This document shows positions 14,201 through 24,151 of a stretch of DNA of 60,000 nucleotides, piece after piece; within the stretch, counting starts at the first letter, position 1, and each line of letters starts with the position of its first letter. Origin of the DNA: Malacoraja senta (taxonomy: Eukaryota); the NCBI GenBank assembly GCA_038087875.1, contig CM075987.1, positions 22,570,001-22,630,000 on the forward strand. The letters are read 5' to 3'. Below the pieces are notes generated by a model, which worked only from the letters and a program-made list of their open reading frames with translations, had not been told where the DNA came from and did no database searches. The translations under genes were made by a program, and so were the position numbers.

Positions 14201-17200
14201 GATGATCAGCCATGATCACAGTGAATGGCGGTGCTGGATTGAACGGCCAAATGGCCTACTCATGCACCAATTGTCTATTGTAGTTGAGGCTGGGACTATC
14301 CCAACGTTGAAGAAACAGTTAGATAAGCACATGGGTAGGACAAGTTTGGAGGGATATGGACCAAGCGCAGACAGGTGGGACTAGTGTAGTTGGGACAAGT
14401 TGGGCCAAAGGGCCTGTTTCCACACTGTATCACTCTATGACTCTATTGAAGATCCTCATAATGCTCAAGCAAATATTTATCGATTACTCACCTTTCAGTT
14501 GATGGGACATGACCAGCAGGAACCAGCTCAAGTCTATGTTGCTCTAAATTACATAGACTCATCTCTTTGCAATTTAGTTTACAAAGGTTCTTTAAAGTAA
14601 AAATTATTCTTGAGACTCTTCTTTAAACCGTGTGTCCAATGCTACTGTTATTATTCATCATGGAGTACATCAACAAGAACTAACATTTATACAATCCAAC
14701 ACATTTTCTGGCAGTTTAGTTAGAAATGCTTAAGGGAGAGCCAGATTAGGACAGAGAACCAAAGTGAAGGGGAAAATTCCAAAACTTAGGTTCCAGATGC
14801 CAAAGAATGAATTATCAAAGTGGGTAATGAAAATTAGGTTTGTACAAGTTGCCAAAGTCAAAAGAATGCACAAATCTTGGGGTTTGCAGTGCCAGGGAGA
14901 CGGTCATGGAGCAATTTGAAAGCATTTAAGGATTAAACAAAAAGGAGGAAAAATTGACGATGGCCTAAAAATCAATGGAAGTCAGCAACCACAGAAGTAG
15001 TCAGTGAGTAGGGCTTGGTGGAAGGCTGGCCAGGAGACATCTCTCACAGAAGATAAAAAGGGCGAATTAATTCAACTTGTCAGTGAAGGAAATGACGATA
15101 CACCGAGTCATTTACATGACTGCATGCATCTCGTAGCGTCAAACATGCCAATTGAAGGAGGAATTTCAGATTTCAGCCATATTACAATCGATGAGGACTG
15201 GGCCAATAATATATTAAAAAGTATTTTACCTCACAAGTTTAGGCTGCAGCAGTCGCTGCATCGAATCACTTGCGATCGAGACTTTTAGCTTGTCTTTCTC
15301 TCTCTGCTTCCCTGAGAAAAGACAAATTTCAGAATATGAGTTTATTTTGTAACTTGTGACCAGGCCCTTTGAACCACTAGTAGGCCTGGAGCTCTATCAG
15401 TGATCCCCAAGTTTAGTTAAGGGGAGATACCAGGTACTGACTAAACAAAATATCCCACTCAAAGCCAGTCCTTATCTAACAGATGATAAGCCTCGGACAA
15501 TTGCACGAGGCTCAGGTAAGGAATGGAGGGCCAGAACCACAAGCAACCCCACTAATCCACTCAGTTTAATTAAACAGAACTCCATTAGATCTCACTCTGA
15601 GAAATGAATGCTGGCCCTGCCAGCAACACCACTGACCCAAGAACAAATTAAAAAAATATTCAACACCATTTGTCAGTTTGACATAGAGTCATGCAGCACA
15701 GACATAAGGCCTTGGGCCCAACTTACACATGCCAACCAAGATGGTCCATAGAAACTCGTCTTATTTGCCCGTGTTTGGCCTTAATCCCTATCGTCTCCTA
15801 TCAATGTATTGGTCCAAATTACTATTAAATATTGTCATTGTATCTTGCAACTACTTCTTCCTCTGGCAGCTTCTTCCATATACCCACCGCCCTCTGTGCG
15901 AAAAAGGTGCCCTACGGGTTCTTATTAAACCTTTCCCCACAACTTAAACTTATGCCCTCTATTTCTTAATTCTCCTGCCTGGGACAAATACTGTGAGCAT
16001 TCACCATATCTATGCCTCACATGATTTTATACACCTCTTTAAGATCACCCTTCAGTTCACTGCACTCCAAGGAATAAAATCCTAGCCCGTGCAATACTCC
16101 AGGTGCAACCTCACCGATACCACGTACAATTGGAGTATAATGTCACAACCTCTATACTCAATTCCTGGACTGATGAAAAGTCAAAGCATTATACAAGTTG
16201 AATAGAGGCCGATGGGTATATGCAAGTTGAATATGGAGGCAACGGGGCATGGGACTAAATGTTGCCGAAAAAGATAGACTCAAGAGGAAATTATCAGCAA
16301 GCAAATTCAAAACTCTAGCCAGCTGTAGATACTGGCACCATTGGGAGAAGTATCAAAACTGAGACATGGAAGAGGCCATTATTGGACAAATGACAAATAC
16401 TTACAGCTTTTTACGAGAAATTCTTCAAAAGGTTTTATGCCTTGAGTGGCCTTCTCCTTTGTGTCTTGGTTTGCTGGAGGACCCTGGTCACAATTAGAGA
16501 TACAGTATATTAGCATATACATAAAGCTGGGCAGCTGTTGAGCCAACAATTATTAATACTTCTTCAAATGATGCAAGTATAAGTAACACTAAATATCTTT
16601 CATTACATCCGATACTGACAGCAGCTCATTGATTACCAAATATTGATCAACTGCTTCAAGTTGTACTGATGTAGACACTAGGAACTGCAGATGATGGAAT
16701 CTTATGCAGAACACAAAGTGCTGAAGTATCTCAGCTGGTCCAGCAGTATCTCTGGAGGAAGACATGGAGAGGCGACGTTTTGGGTTGGACCTTCCTCAGA
16801 CTGCACTAGAACTGGAATTGCATGGAAGCTAGACTAGATAAATGGTTGCATAGTTCCTTCTCTTTAAAGACACTGTAAACAAATTGGGAGGAGAGACTTT
16901 CAGTGTTTTCATTTTAGGTGGAGAAGGTAGATCTGTTGGTGTTTGATAACCATCTAAACAAAATACCATCAATAATTAGCAATTAGTTCTGTTTAAAAAA
17001 TCAAAAATACTTACAAGGCCAGTCACTTTATCCCTGAAGTATGGCTTCATGAAGTGCCCCAGGAACATGGAAGACTGAGTCTTTGATAATTTTGATTTCT
17101 CAACATCTTCTCCTGCCAGGTCACTCATTATTTCGGCCTGTAGGAGATAAAAGAGGATTGTGTATTTGCTAGCAGAGAGATAAGGAGAGCGCAAGAGCTG

Positions 17201-20200
17201 GCATATCCAAAACCATGTTGTTTTAACTCAATTGCTCTTTCCATATCAGGCACCATTTATGGCTACACCTCTACAGCTTTCTCTGCTTTACTTCCAAAAA
17301 GCCTCAGTCAACAAAGTCTCACAGTTAATTCTGAATCCGAGCTGGGTTAGTTGATTTGTAATTTGCCTCAAACCCGTTGCAATAGGAACCAGTGACAAGA
17401 AATTATCAACGTCCCTGTAACTGATTACTATGTAGTTATAACTACAAAAATGGTTAGGATCACAATATGTGATATTTAGAGTCTTATATCCAGGTACATA
17501 CAATTTAGGCCAACACATGATGACCACTTAACTGAGATAAAGGAATTCATCTTTCCATGTTCTCCTTTCACTTCCAATTTATAGACAGAAGTGGAACATG
17601 GAAAGGAGATGAGGGGACAAAGCCCTGCAGTCACAAGCAACACTGGAACCGTCCTTTAGTGTTGAATCCCCCATTGTACAAGAACAGCTGGGTGGTCACT
17701 GACACCTCCAAAAGAGGTTGGATCTGTGCATCAAATCTTCCACTGGGATTACTACCAATGCCCTACTTTTTCAAGTCACCTCAGCCACGTACACTCACCT
17801 GCATTTCCTTATTGTGGGTGAGCAGCAACGCCAGGTCCTGCAGCTTCTCCACAATCACCTCCTGGTACACCAGATTCATCTGTAGGCACGTCTCAGGGTC
17901 CTCGGGAAGATCATCTCCCTCGTCATCCGAAATACTGTCAGGGAGCCGAGGTGCAGTTTCACTGACAGAGGCCTCCACCTGAAGACAACAAAGTTACTTC
18001 TTCCTCTACCCTCTGCATTGTCTTAAAGACAAATGAAATATCTGGGGATCTAGTCAATAACCACAACAGGTTAAGAAGATTTAAAAGGAGATTGGCATGA
18101 AATTAGAGGTACCCAAGGCTTGCTTGCCAGCAATGTCTCTCAGGTGGAAGGTTGTAGCTGTTTTCATTATAGTTCATTTATGCATTAATGGCAGTACTTT
18201 TTCCCTGTCCTCAAATATTAATGAGCTGGGAATCAGCTATATTCTTGAACCTCAATCCATGATAATGGTATTCTCAGTGCTGCTGCGTAGGGTGATACAG
18301 TACTTGGAGCTATTGACACTGAGGGATGGAAAAGATCCCTAAGTCAGGAAAGTGGTTTACTTGGAAGGGAACCTGTAGGCAGTCCCATGTACCTGCTGCC
18401 CTTATTGTTTAGGAATGTGTAGGAAAGAACTGCAGATGCTGGTTTAAATCGAAGGTAGACACAAACTGCTGGAGTAACTCAGCCGGACAAGCAGCGTCTC
18501 TGAAGAGAAGGAATGCTGCCTGTCCCGCTGAGTTAATCCAGCAGTTGGTTTCGCCCTTATTGTTTAGGTGACAGAAGCCACTGATTGAGAGGTGCTGCTG
18601 AAGAACCCACAGAACATTGTTGCAAAGGACTTTGTAGACGGTAGATACCAGAGGCATGGACGAAGGAAAGAAGGAAGGAATGTTTAAGGCAAGGACTGGG
18701 TTCCAATTAAGTGAGCCGCTACTTCCTGGAAGGGGGTCACAGCTCCATCCAAGCCTTGGCATGCTGTAGATGGTGGAATGGATCTAGGAGTTAGTAGACC
18801 AATGCTATGTAGAGTTTCGGACTGTAAGGAACTTCATATTTGTTTTGAAGGAGGTGTAAACAAGGATCAGTAGATTCCTAGAACAAAGCAGCTCACATAA
18901 AACTGAGGTTGTGCAGATTGAGTCTACTCATTGCAGCGTTGAAGAATGAGAGCTGATATTATTAAACCAAGGATTCTGAGGGGGAATTCAACAGGTTGGA
19001 GGCCGAGACGATTTTTCCCCTTGTAGGGCTATCCAGAACTAGGAGGCCAAGTTTCAGAAGCACCTTTACTCTTCTAATTCATTAACTGTTAAGAAACCCA
19101 CAGCAATCGGCAACCCACCTATCGAAATGTTTTAGAAGAATTTACAAACGAACAGTTTATGCACTGCTATTGAGATTGTTCAATGGCCTCGAGTATGCTC
19201 CAAGGCAGCCTGCCTTTTTATAAGCTGATGCTTGTTCTGTAAGAGATATTCTGGGATCAAGTAAAGAGGTCCTTACCAGAGAAAGGCACTGCTCTTCTAC
19301 AGATTTTTCTTCAGCATCATATCCTGCCGATGTAAGAAAGGGCATTACCTCACAAACAAGGCAAGTCAGGATTCTGGGAGGAACATTACACTCTATATTG
19401 ATGCAAGATATCCTCAAAGTGCATAAAATTGGAATTACATCATCCTAACCCAGATAAGGAGCACTGCCATTCAATAATATCGACCAGCATCCCAACAAAT
19501 GTCCCAAGCAATCTTTTGCCTCCTTACATCCCCAGTAAAATTTTCCAGTTGTGATGAAAGTTCATCTGCATAAAACGTTAATTTTGTTTCATGCTGGCAT
19601 TTCTAGCATCTTTAGTGTGTATCCCATTATCATTAGACACAATAGCTGGATATATAAAGCACTGTTTAGGCACTGACACTATTGCATAAAACGCAAGCAC
19701 CACTCACAATGCGTGCATTTTGGTCACTGCCGATTTTGAGCCACAATATCCTATTTAATTTTATGTATTATGCAGTAATCATGAAAGTGTATAATTAATA
19801 ATTTACAATATAATTCTTCATATTTTTATGGGAGGGATATAGAGAGAAAGAAGGAACAGGTTACTGATTCTGGCTGATCAGCCATGATCATATTGAATGG
19901 CGGTGCTGGGTCGAAGGGTCGAAGGGCCGAAAAGCCTACCCCTGCACCTATTTTCTATGTTTCTTCCCTTCTGCCCTATGTTAGCTCAGAGAGAAGATTA
20001 AATGTTCATCTCCTGGTCAGAGAAACCCAATGAAGGGTTGTCAATACCAGGTCAGAAAACTCTCAGCTCATCATAGCCCTTGATCCCCATTCAGATGACA
20101 CATTCAGTTAATAAAAATGAAGATGATTAACTCTAAGTTTGTTGATCACATCCCCATCTAATGACCTTGTTAATCCAATCAAACACCCTCCCTCACACCA

Positions 20201-21006
20201 TAACAGCAACTTTCTCTTTTCTATTTCAACCACTACCTGATTATCTCTACTTATCCATACCTCTACCTCACCATAGCCATATCACGAGTCTGAAGAGTCC
20301 CAACTCAAAATCTTGCTTGTCCATTTCCCTACACAAATGCTGCCTGCCCCGCTGAGTTCATCCTGCACTTTTTTTGCTCAAATGTTCAGCCTCTCCCTCC
20401 CTCCCATCCTCCCCGACTCATTCTTCTCTGACTTTACTGTGCTGTTCTCCTCATATTGCCTTCTCTTCCCCACTCCAGAAAGGTACAACTCTGGAACCAA
20501 GTGATGCAAAGGCATCCTTATAAGAGAAATAGGATATATAGGGAATGGAGGGATATGAATCCATATGCAGGCAACTGAGGGCCAAGGTACGTTTATCTGG
20601 GTCATGTTAGAACAGACATTGTGATCCGAAGGGGCCTGTTCTTATTCTATACGTTTATATGTTTTATATGTAAAATTACTCCCTCTTCCTACCTTTCCTT
20701 CGGTCGCTCACAGTTCCTTTCTTTATCCATTAACGTAATATTTTTCTCTACCCAGACGTTCACTAACTCTCTCTCTCTATCTCTCCTTCCCCACCCACCC
20801 ACCCCTTGCATCATTTTCCCCCCTCCTCGGCTGGGCTGAGGCTAACTCGTCCCCATCTCCCCACCCACCCACTCACTCACCGCCCTCCTTGCCTCCCATC
20901 TCTTCAATGGCGTCCACTTCCCAGGCGCCCGTTCCAATTCCAGGATCTCCCAGCGAATCCGCTCTCTCTCCGCCTGCAGCGCCTCACTGCCTCCTTGGGC
21001 CTCCAT
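1803..21006 (-). CDS. SNAPC4: snRNA-activating protein complex subunit 4 (SNAP190), partial; 3' exons lie off the left edge
   Basis: 15 GT-AG exons in consistent phase: 20877(or 20881)-21006, 19277-19323, 17799-17978, 17015-17137, 16405-16483, 15230-15311, 11937-12041, 10249-10321, 9493-9657, 8125-8272, 6835-6941, 5479-5573, 5082-5176, 3120-3205, 1803-2243. Motifs LPEDPETCLQMNLVYQEVI, GHFMKPYFRDKVTG, GPPAN and Myb repeats. Confidence 0.95.
3120..3205 (-). CDS. SNAPC4: SNAPC4 exon (Myb repeat)
   Basis: KWAKIAAELSGRTDTQCISKWK; cag|...|gtgagg. Confidence 0.92.
3636..4457. mobile_element. Non-autonomous DNA transposon (MITE) with 14-bp TIR
   Basis: TIR CAGAGCTGCCAAGT / ACTTGGCAGCTCTG, flanked by TACAAT on both sides. 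Subterminal AAAATC(A/C)GTA repeats and an internal CT-rich tract (~3921-4050). Confidence 0.85.
5082..5176 (-). CDS. SNAPC4: SNAPC4 exon (Myb repeat)
   Basis: YRNGLNQDVRKGKWTEKEESDFKALIEKHGV; cag|...|gtaaga. Confidence 0.92.
5479..5573 (-). CDS. SNAPC4: SNAPC4 exon (Myb repeat)
   Basis: LLLKAVAKYGSRDWYKIQEMVPGRMDSQCRDR; tag|...|gtatgt. Confidence 0.95.
5965..6222 (+). mobile_element. CR1/HER1-like LINE 3' fragment
   Basis: End of ORF2 (..FFTQRGVDVWNKLPEEVV..) plus 3' tail GGGCCGAAGGGCCTGTTT..CTCTATGACTCTA. Confidence 0.8.
6835..6941 (-). CDS. SNAPC4: SNAPC4 exon (Myb repeat)
   Basis: AYFMEGRNGKQIVYRWSKALDPKVTKGPWTPKEDE; cag|...|gtaggt. Confidence 0.95.
8125..8272 (-). CDS. SNAPC4: SNAPC4 exon (Myb repeat)
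   Basis: TSRSAYMCLQKYQEFNKDLKRREWSKEEDQMLTELVQKMRVGNFIPYTK; tag|...|gtgagt. Confidence 0.95.
8374..8521. repeat. Penelope-derived short repeat (partly fold-back)
   Basis: TAGACACAAAATGCTGGAGTAAC...GGTGACGTTTCG..GAGACCCTTCTTCA followed by the inverted copy TTACTCCAGCATTTTGTGTC..GCATCTGCAGTTC. Confidence 0.75.
9493..9657 (-). CDS. SNAPC4: SNAPC4 exon (Myb repeat)
   Basis: FDGIRKAEDIKRVWQNSEHPSINQTQWS...WESIASELQ; tag|...|gtactg. Confidence 0.95.
10075..10232. repeat. Penelope-derived short repeat with target-site duplication
   Basis: AAGAACTGCAGATGCTGG... unit plus a partial inverted copy, flanked by ATATTGAT (10067-10074 / 10233-10240). Confidence 0.75.
10249..10321 (-). CDS. SNAPC4: SNAPC4 exon
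   Basis: QMTQRQLLGNRFDDHDWIKISNID; tag|...|gtaagt. Confidence 0.93.
11937..12041 (-). CDS. SNAPC4: SNAPC4 exon
   Basis: LEYLNKKVAMSRDEKEKSVMWKQIGETEREMDEI; tag|...|gtgaga. Confidence 0.9.
12570..14445 (+). mobile_element. Nested CR1/HER1-type LINEs (outer 3' fragment split by an inner CR1)
   Basis: Outer element is ~12570-12748 plus ~14280-14445, joining as GAGGAGG/TAGTTGAGG (compare the intact copy near 6030). Inner element has an APE endonuclease end (LGGSDHN), RT motifs (PQGSVLGP, KFADDTK), the ORF2 C-terminus and a 3' tail; it is frameshifted and internally deleted. Confidence 0.9.
15230..15311 (-). CDS. SNAPC4: SNAPC4 exon
   Basis: (W)KQREKDKLKVSIASDSMQRLLQPKLV; cag|...|gtaaaa. Confidence 0.92.
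15682..16180 (-). mobile_element. CR1/HER1-like LINE 3' fragment
   Basis: Reverse complement of the LINE ORF2 end and tail seen at 5965-6222. Confidence 0.7.
16405..16483 (-). CDS. SNAPC4: SNAPC4 exon
   Basis: GPPANQDTKEKATQGIKPFEEFLVKS; cag|...|gtaagt. Confidence 0.95.
17015..17137 (-). CDS. SNAPC4: SNAPC4 exon
   Basis: AEIMSDLAG...MFLGHFMKPYFRDKVTGL; cag|...|gtaagt. Confidence 0.95.
17799..17978 (-). CDS. SNAPC4: SNAPC4 exon
   Basis: ...DLPEDPETCLQMNLVYQEVIVEKLQDLALLLTHNKEMQ; cag|...|gtgagt. Confidence 0.95.
18414..18552. repeat. Penelope-derived fold-back repeat with 16-bp TSD
   Basis: GCCCTTATTGTTTAGG duplicated at 18398-18413 and 18553-18568. Confidence 0.8.
19277..19323 (-). CDS. 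SNAPC4: SNAPC4 small exon (47 nt)
   Basis: ggcag|GATATGATGCT...TCTCTG|gtaagg; YDAEEKSVEEQCLSL; phase 1 in, phase 0 out. Confidence 0.6.
20877..21006 (-). CDS. SNAPC4: SNAPC4 first coding exon
   Basis: MEAQGGSEALQAERERIRWEILELER resembles the SNAPC4 N-terminus as I recall it (AEREKITQEIKELER). Tandem donors GTGAGTGAGT, so the exon ends at 20881 or 20877. Confidence 0.8.
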
Positions 21007-21016
21007 CGCTGCAAAG

Positions 21017-21180
21017 CTGGAATAAATAAAAGGCCGGGGCGGCCTTGGTGGAGTGGGCCAGGGGTCAGTGCATGGCGCAGTGCCAACGTCTGAGATGTGC
21101 GACTCGCTCAGCGGCCATTTTGTGATCACGACTCCCAGATCAGTGACCATGCAAGATTCCGGTTCCGGCTCAACCTTCAG
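21017..21180 (-). promoter_or_regulatory. Probable SNAPC4 promoter / 5' UTR region
   Basis: CpG-rich. On the - strand: YY1-like CAAAATGGCCGC (~21111-21122) and ETS-like CCGGAACCGGAA (~21157-21168). A possible acceptor tttattccag lies just upstream of the ATG. Confidence 0.5.
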
Positions 21181-21360
21181 CTCCTCCCCAACCCATCCCA
21201 ACAAAACTCAAGAGGTGCAAACCAAAGATTATAGAGCTCCTCTAGTATCTTTGTTGCAAACAGCAAAGGTCTCCTAAATCCTGTGATCAACCAAACCAAA
21301 GATCCTGGGATCTTTGAACCAAACCACTCTGGTCCTCCAACCCACATCTCATCAGAATTC

Positions 21361-21470
21361 AAACACTTCTGAAGAAGGGTTTCGGGCCGAAACGATGCCT
21401 ATTTGATTCCTTCGCTCCATGATAGATGCTGCTGCACCCGCTGAGTTTCTCCAGCACTTTCGTCTACCTT
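21361..21470 (+). repeat. Penelope-derived short repeat with hammerhead-like core
   Basis: CTGAAGAAGGGTTTCGGGCCGAAACG; flanked by CATCAGAA(T/C)TC. Confidence 0.75.
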
Positions 21471-21934
21471 CATCAGAACTCAGCCCTTCTTCCCCGTCCG
21501 ACATCCATCGCCGTCTAAACTCCTTCCTTGAGGACCAGGAAACCAAGATACAACCCACATCCCCCAATTCCAGGGCTGCCAACTCTCACGCTTTCAGCGT
21601 GAGAATCACGCCTTGGAGAAAATTCTCACGCCCTCACGCTCAAGACCGAGTTCTCACGCTGAGTTCAGTCCCTGCAGTTTGTCCCCTTGCGCCGCGTGCC
21701 AGGATTCTGGGGAAGCGCGTCGGTTGCCGGCTGTGATTGACGTCGCGTCTCTTCTCTCTTGGTTGGATGTGCAGCCCGCCGGGTGTCAGCAGCTCTATGT
21801 GCCGGCTGTGAGCGCTGCGCTGTCGGCCGCCGCGCAGCCCTCGCTCGCTCCCTCCTGCCCTTCAACTCACACGGCAGCGCAGCGCCGCCAATCCACGCTG
21901 CACCGTGCCCGCCAGACTCCCCATTGGGCGGGCC

Positions 21935-22450
21935 GGGGAGAGAGAGGGAAGGGGGGAAAGAGAGAGAGAGAGGGAAAGAAAAAAAGGGAGGGATGGAGGC
22001 AAAGCGAGACAAGGGGAGGGAATGTAGAAAGGGGATGAAGGAAGGAGTGGAGAAAGAGGGAAGGATGGGGGCAGGAGGGAGGAAGGGGTGGATGGAGGGA
22101 GGGGGAAGAAAAGGTGTGTGTGCTTGTGTGTCTGTCTCCCCTGTGTGTGTCTCCTTGTGTGTGTGTGTGTCCCTGTGTGTGTGTCTCCCTGTGTGTGTGT
22201 TCTCCCCGTGTTTGTTGTTTGTCTCCCTGTGTGTGTGTGCGTGTCTGTGTCTCCCTGTGTGTGTGTCTCCCTGTGTGTATGTGTGTCTCCCCGTGTATGT
22301 GTCTGTCTGTCTCCCTGTGTGTGTGTCTGTCTCCCTGTGCGTGTCTGTGTGTCTCCCTGTGTGTATGTGTGTCTCCCCGTGTATGTGTCTGTCTGTCCTC
22401 CCTGTGTGTGTGTGTCTTCCTTTGTGTATGTGTCTCCCTGTGTTGTCTGT
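21935..22450. repeat. GA-rich tract followed by (GT)n/GTCTCCCT compound minisatellite
   Basis: Directly visible low-complexity sequence; source of several spurious long ORFs. Confidence 0.95.
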
Positions 22451-23715
22451 TGTCACATCCTGGCCTTAGACAGGGCTGCCAACTCTCAACGCTTTGAGCA
22501 TGAGAGTCATGCATTTCAGCCAATGCTCACGCGGATGACAGAATTCTCACGCTGTCTTCAGTCCCTGCACAGTTTGTCTCTTTGCGCCACATCACAGCGA
22601 TCTGTGCAGTCTGGGGAAGCGCGTCAGTTGGCGACTGTGAGTGACGTCATAACTCTTTTCTTCTCTTCTTTCTTGGTTGGATGTGCAGCCGCCGACAACA
22701 TGAAGCAGCCGGCGATAGAACTAATCAGGTGAATTGGTTGTAAAACATGGGGGGGGACCACAATGAGGCAAACATCTAGGACAGGGTTCGGCAACCTACG
22801 GCACACGGGCCAAATCCGGCCCGTAACCCGAAAAAACGAGTTTTTTTTTTCAATTCGTTTTCACAACGTCGGGGCAGGCAAGCCAACCTGAGGAACTGCA
22901 GCCAGTCCCTGGGACGCGAGCTGATCTGGGAACGGCAGCCAGTCCCTGGGCACGCAGAATGCCAACTTGATCATTATGGACAAATTGGGCCAGCCATGTA
23001 CATGTTGTATAACTCTGACTCTATGCACAATCTGAATGGGGCTTAGAATGACCATTTAAGCAAAATTGCCCTCATATTCCCAATTTTGATTCATGAGATT
23101 AATATCCCTTTGCTCTGTTAACAGCGTTAAAGTACTTATGAGGTAGAGTCAGGAAAGGGAACATGTTTATTTTCTTTTGAGTTTGCTTTAATTTGTTAGT
23201 TGATTTTTTGTTGACTGCCATAATTTCTGAAATGGTCTTAATGTAACTTAACAGTTATAAAGCAGTAATAAGTGATTTTTGTCCATACAATTGAAACTTG
23301 CATAAAATGTTTGCATTATTAGCAGGGCTGCCAACTCTCATTCATTGAGCGTGAGGACTCACGTATTTCACAAAACTCTCAATGCTCTCACGCTGATCAC
23401 AAAATTATATAATGAGAATAGGACCTGTTTTGCTTAACAAATAGTGTAGGAAGGAATTACAGATGCTGGTTTAAACTGAAGATAGACACTAAAAACTAGA
23501 AAAACTCAGCAGGACAGGCAGCATCTCTGGAGAGAAAGAATGGGTGATGTTTCGAGTCGAGACCTTCAGCCTGAAGAGGTTGAAAACCAGCCATAAAACA
23601 CAATGACTGGACATGTGTGTTATCCAACTAAGGGCAGAAATCAGAATCATGTGTTCATCTTTATTCACGTGACACCATAATAAATATATTACAGAAAAAA
23701 ATAATTTAATGGGGT

Positions 23716-23920
23716 GGCACGGTGGCGCAGTGGTAGAGTTGCTGCCTTACTACCACATGGGTTTTCTCTGGATATTCCGGTTTCTCCCATATCCGAAAGA
23801 AGTGCAGGTTTGTAGGTTAATTGGCTTCTGTAAATTGTCCCTGGCGTGATGGATGGAATTGGTGTATGATAGATTGCTGGTCGGTGTGGACTTTGTGGGC
23901 GGAAGGGCCTGTTTCCATAT
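23716..23920 (+). mobile_element. HE1-like tRNA-derived SINE (internally deleted)
   Basis: GGCACGGTGGCGCAGTGGTAGAG head, GGTTAATTGG core, GAAGGGCCTGTTTCC LINE-like tail. Confidence 0.75.
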
Positions 23921-24017
23921 ATATTTTTACATATATATCTTAATTTCATTGAACCATATATGATTGAATATGTGGCATTATTTTCGTCTTGTTTCTATAT
24001 TCAAAGGGTAAGGTTGA

Positions 24018-24151
24018 AACCGTCTGAAGAAGGGTTTCGGCCCGAAACGTTGACTATTTCCTTCGCTCCATAGATGCTGCCGCACCCGCTGAGTTTCTCC
24101 TGCAATTTTGTCTACCTTCGATTCTCCAGCATCTGTAGTTCCTTCTTGAAC
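24018..24151 (+). repeat. Penelope-derived short repeat with intact hammerhead-like core
   Basis: CTGAAGAAGGGTTTCGGCCCGAAACGTT at 24024-24051; flanked by AAGGTTGA (24010-24017 / 24152-24159). Confidence 0.8.

Noticed and set aside
21613..22732. Several 127-263 aa ORFs on both strands
   Set aside because: Translations of GA/GT microsatellite (VCVC/THTH) inside a repeat; no domain content.
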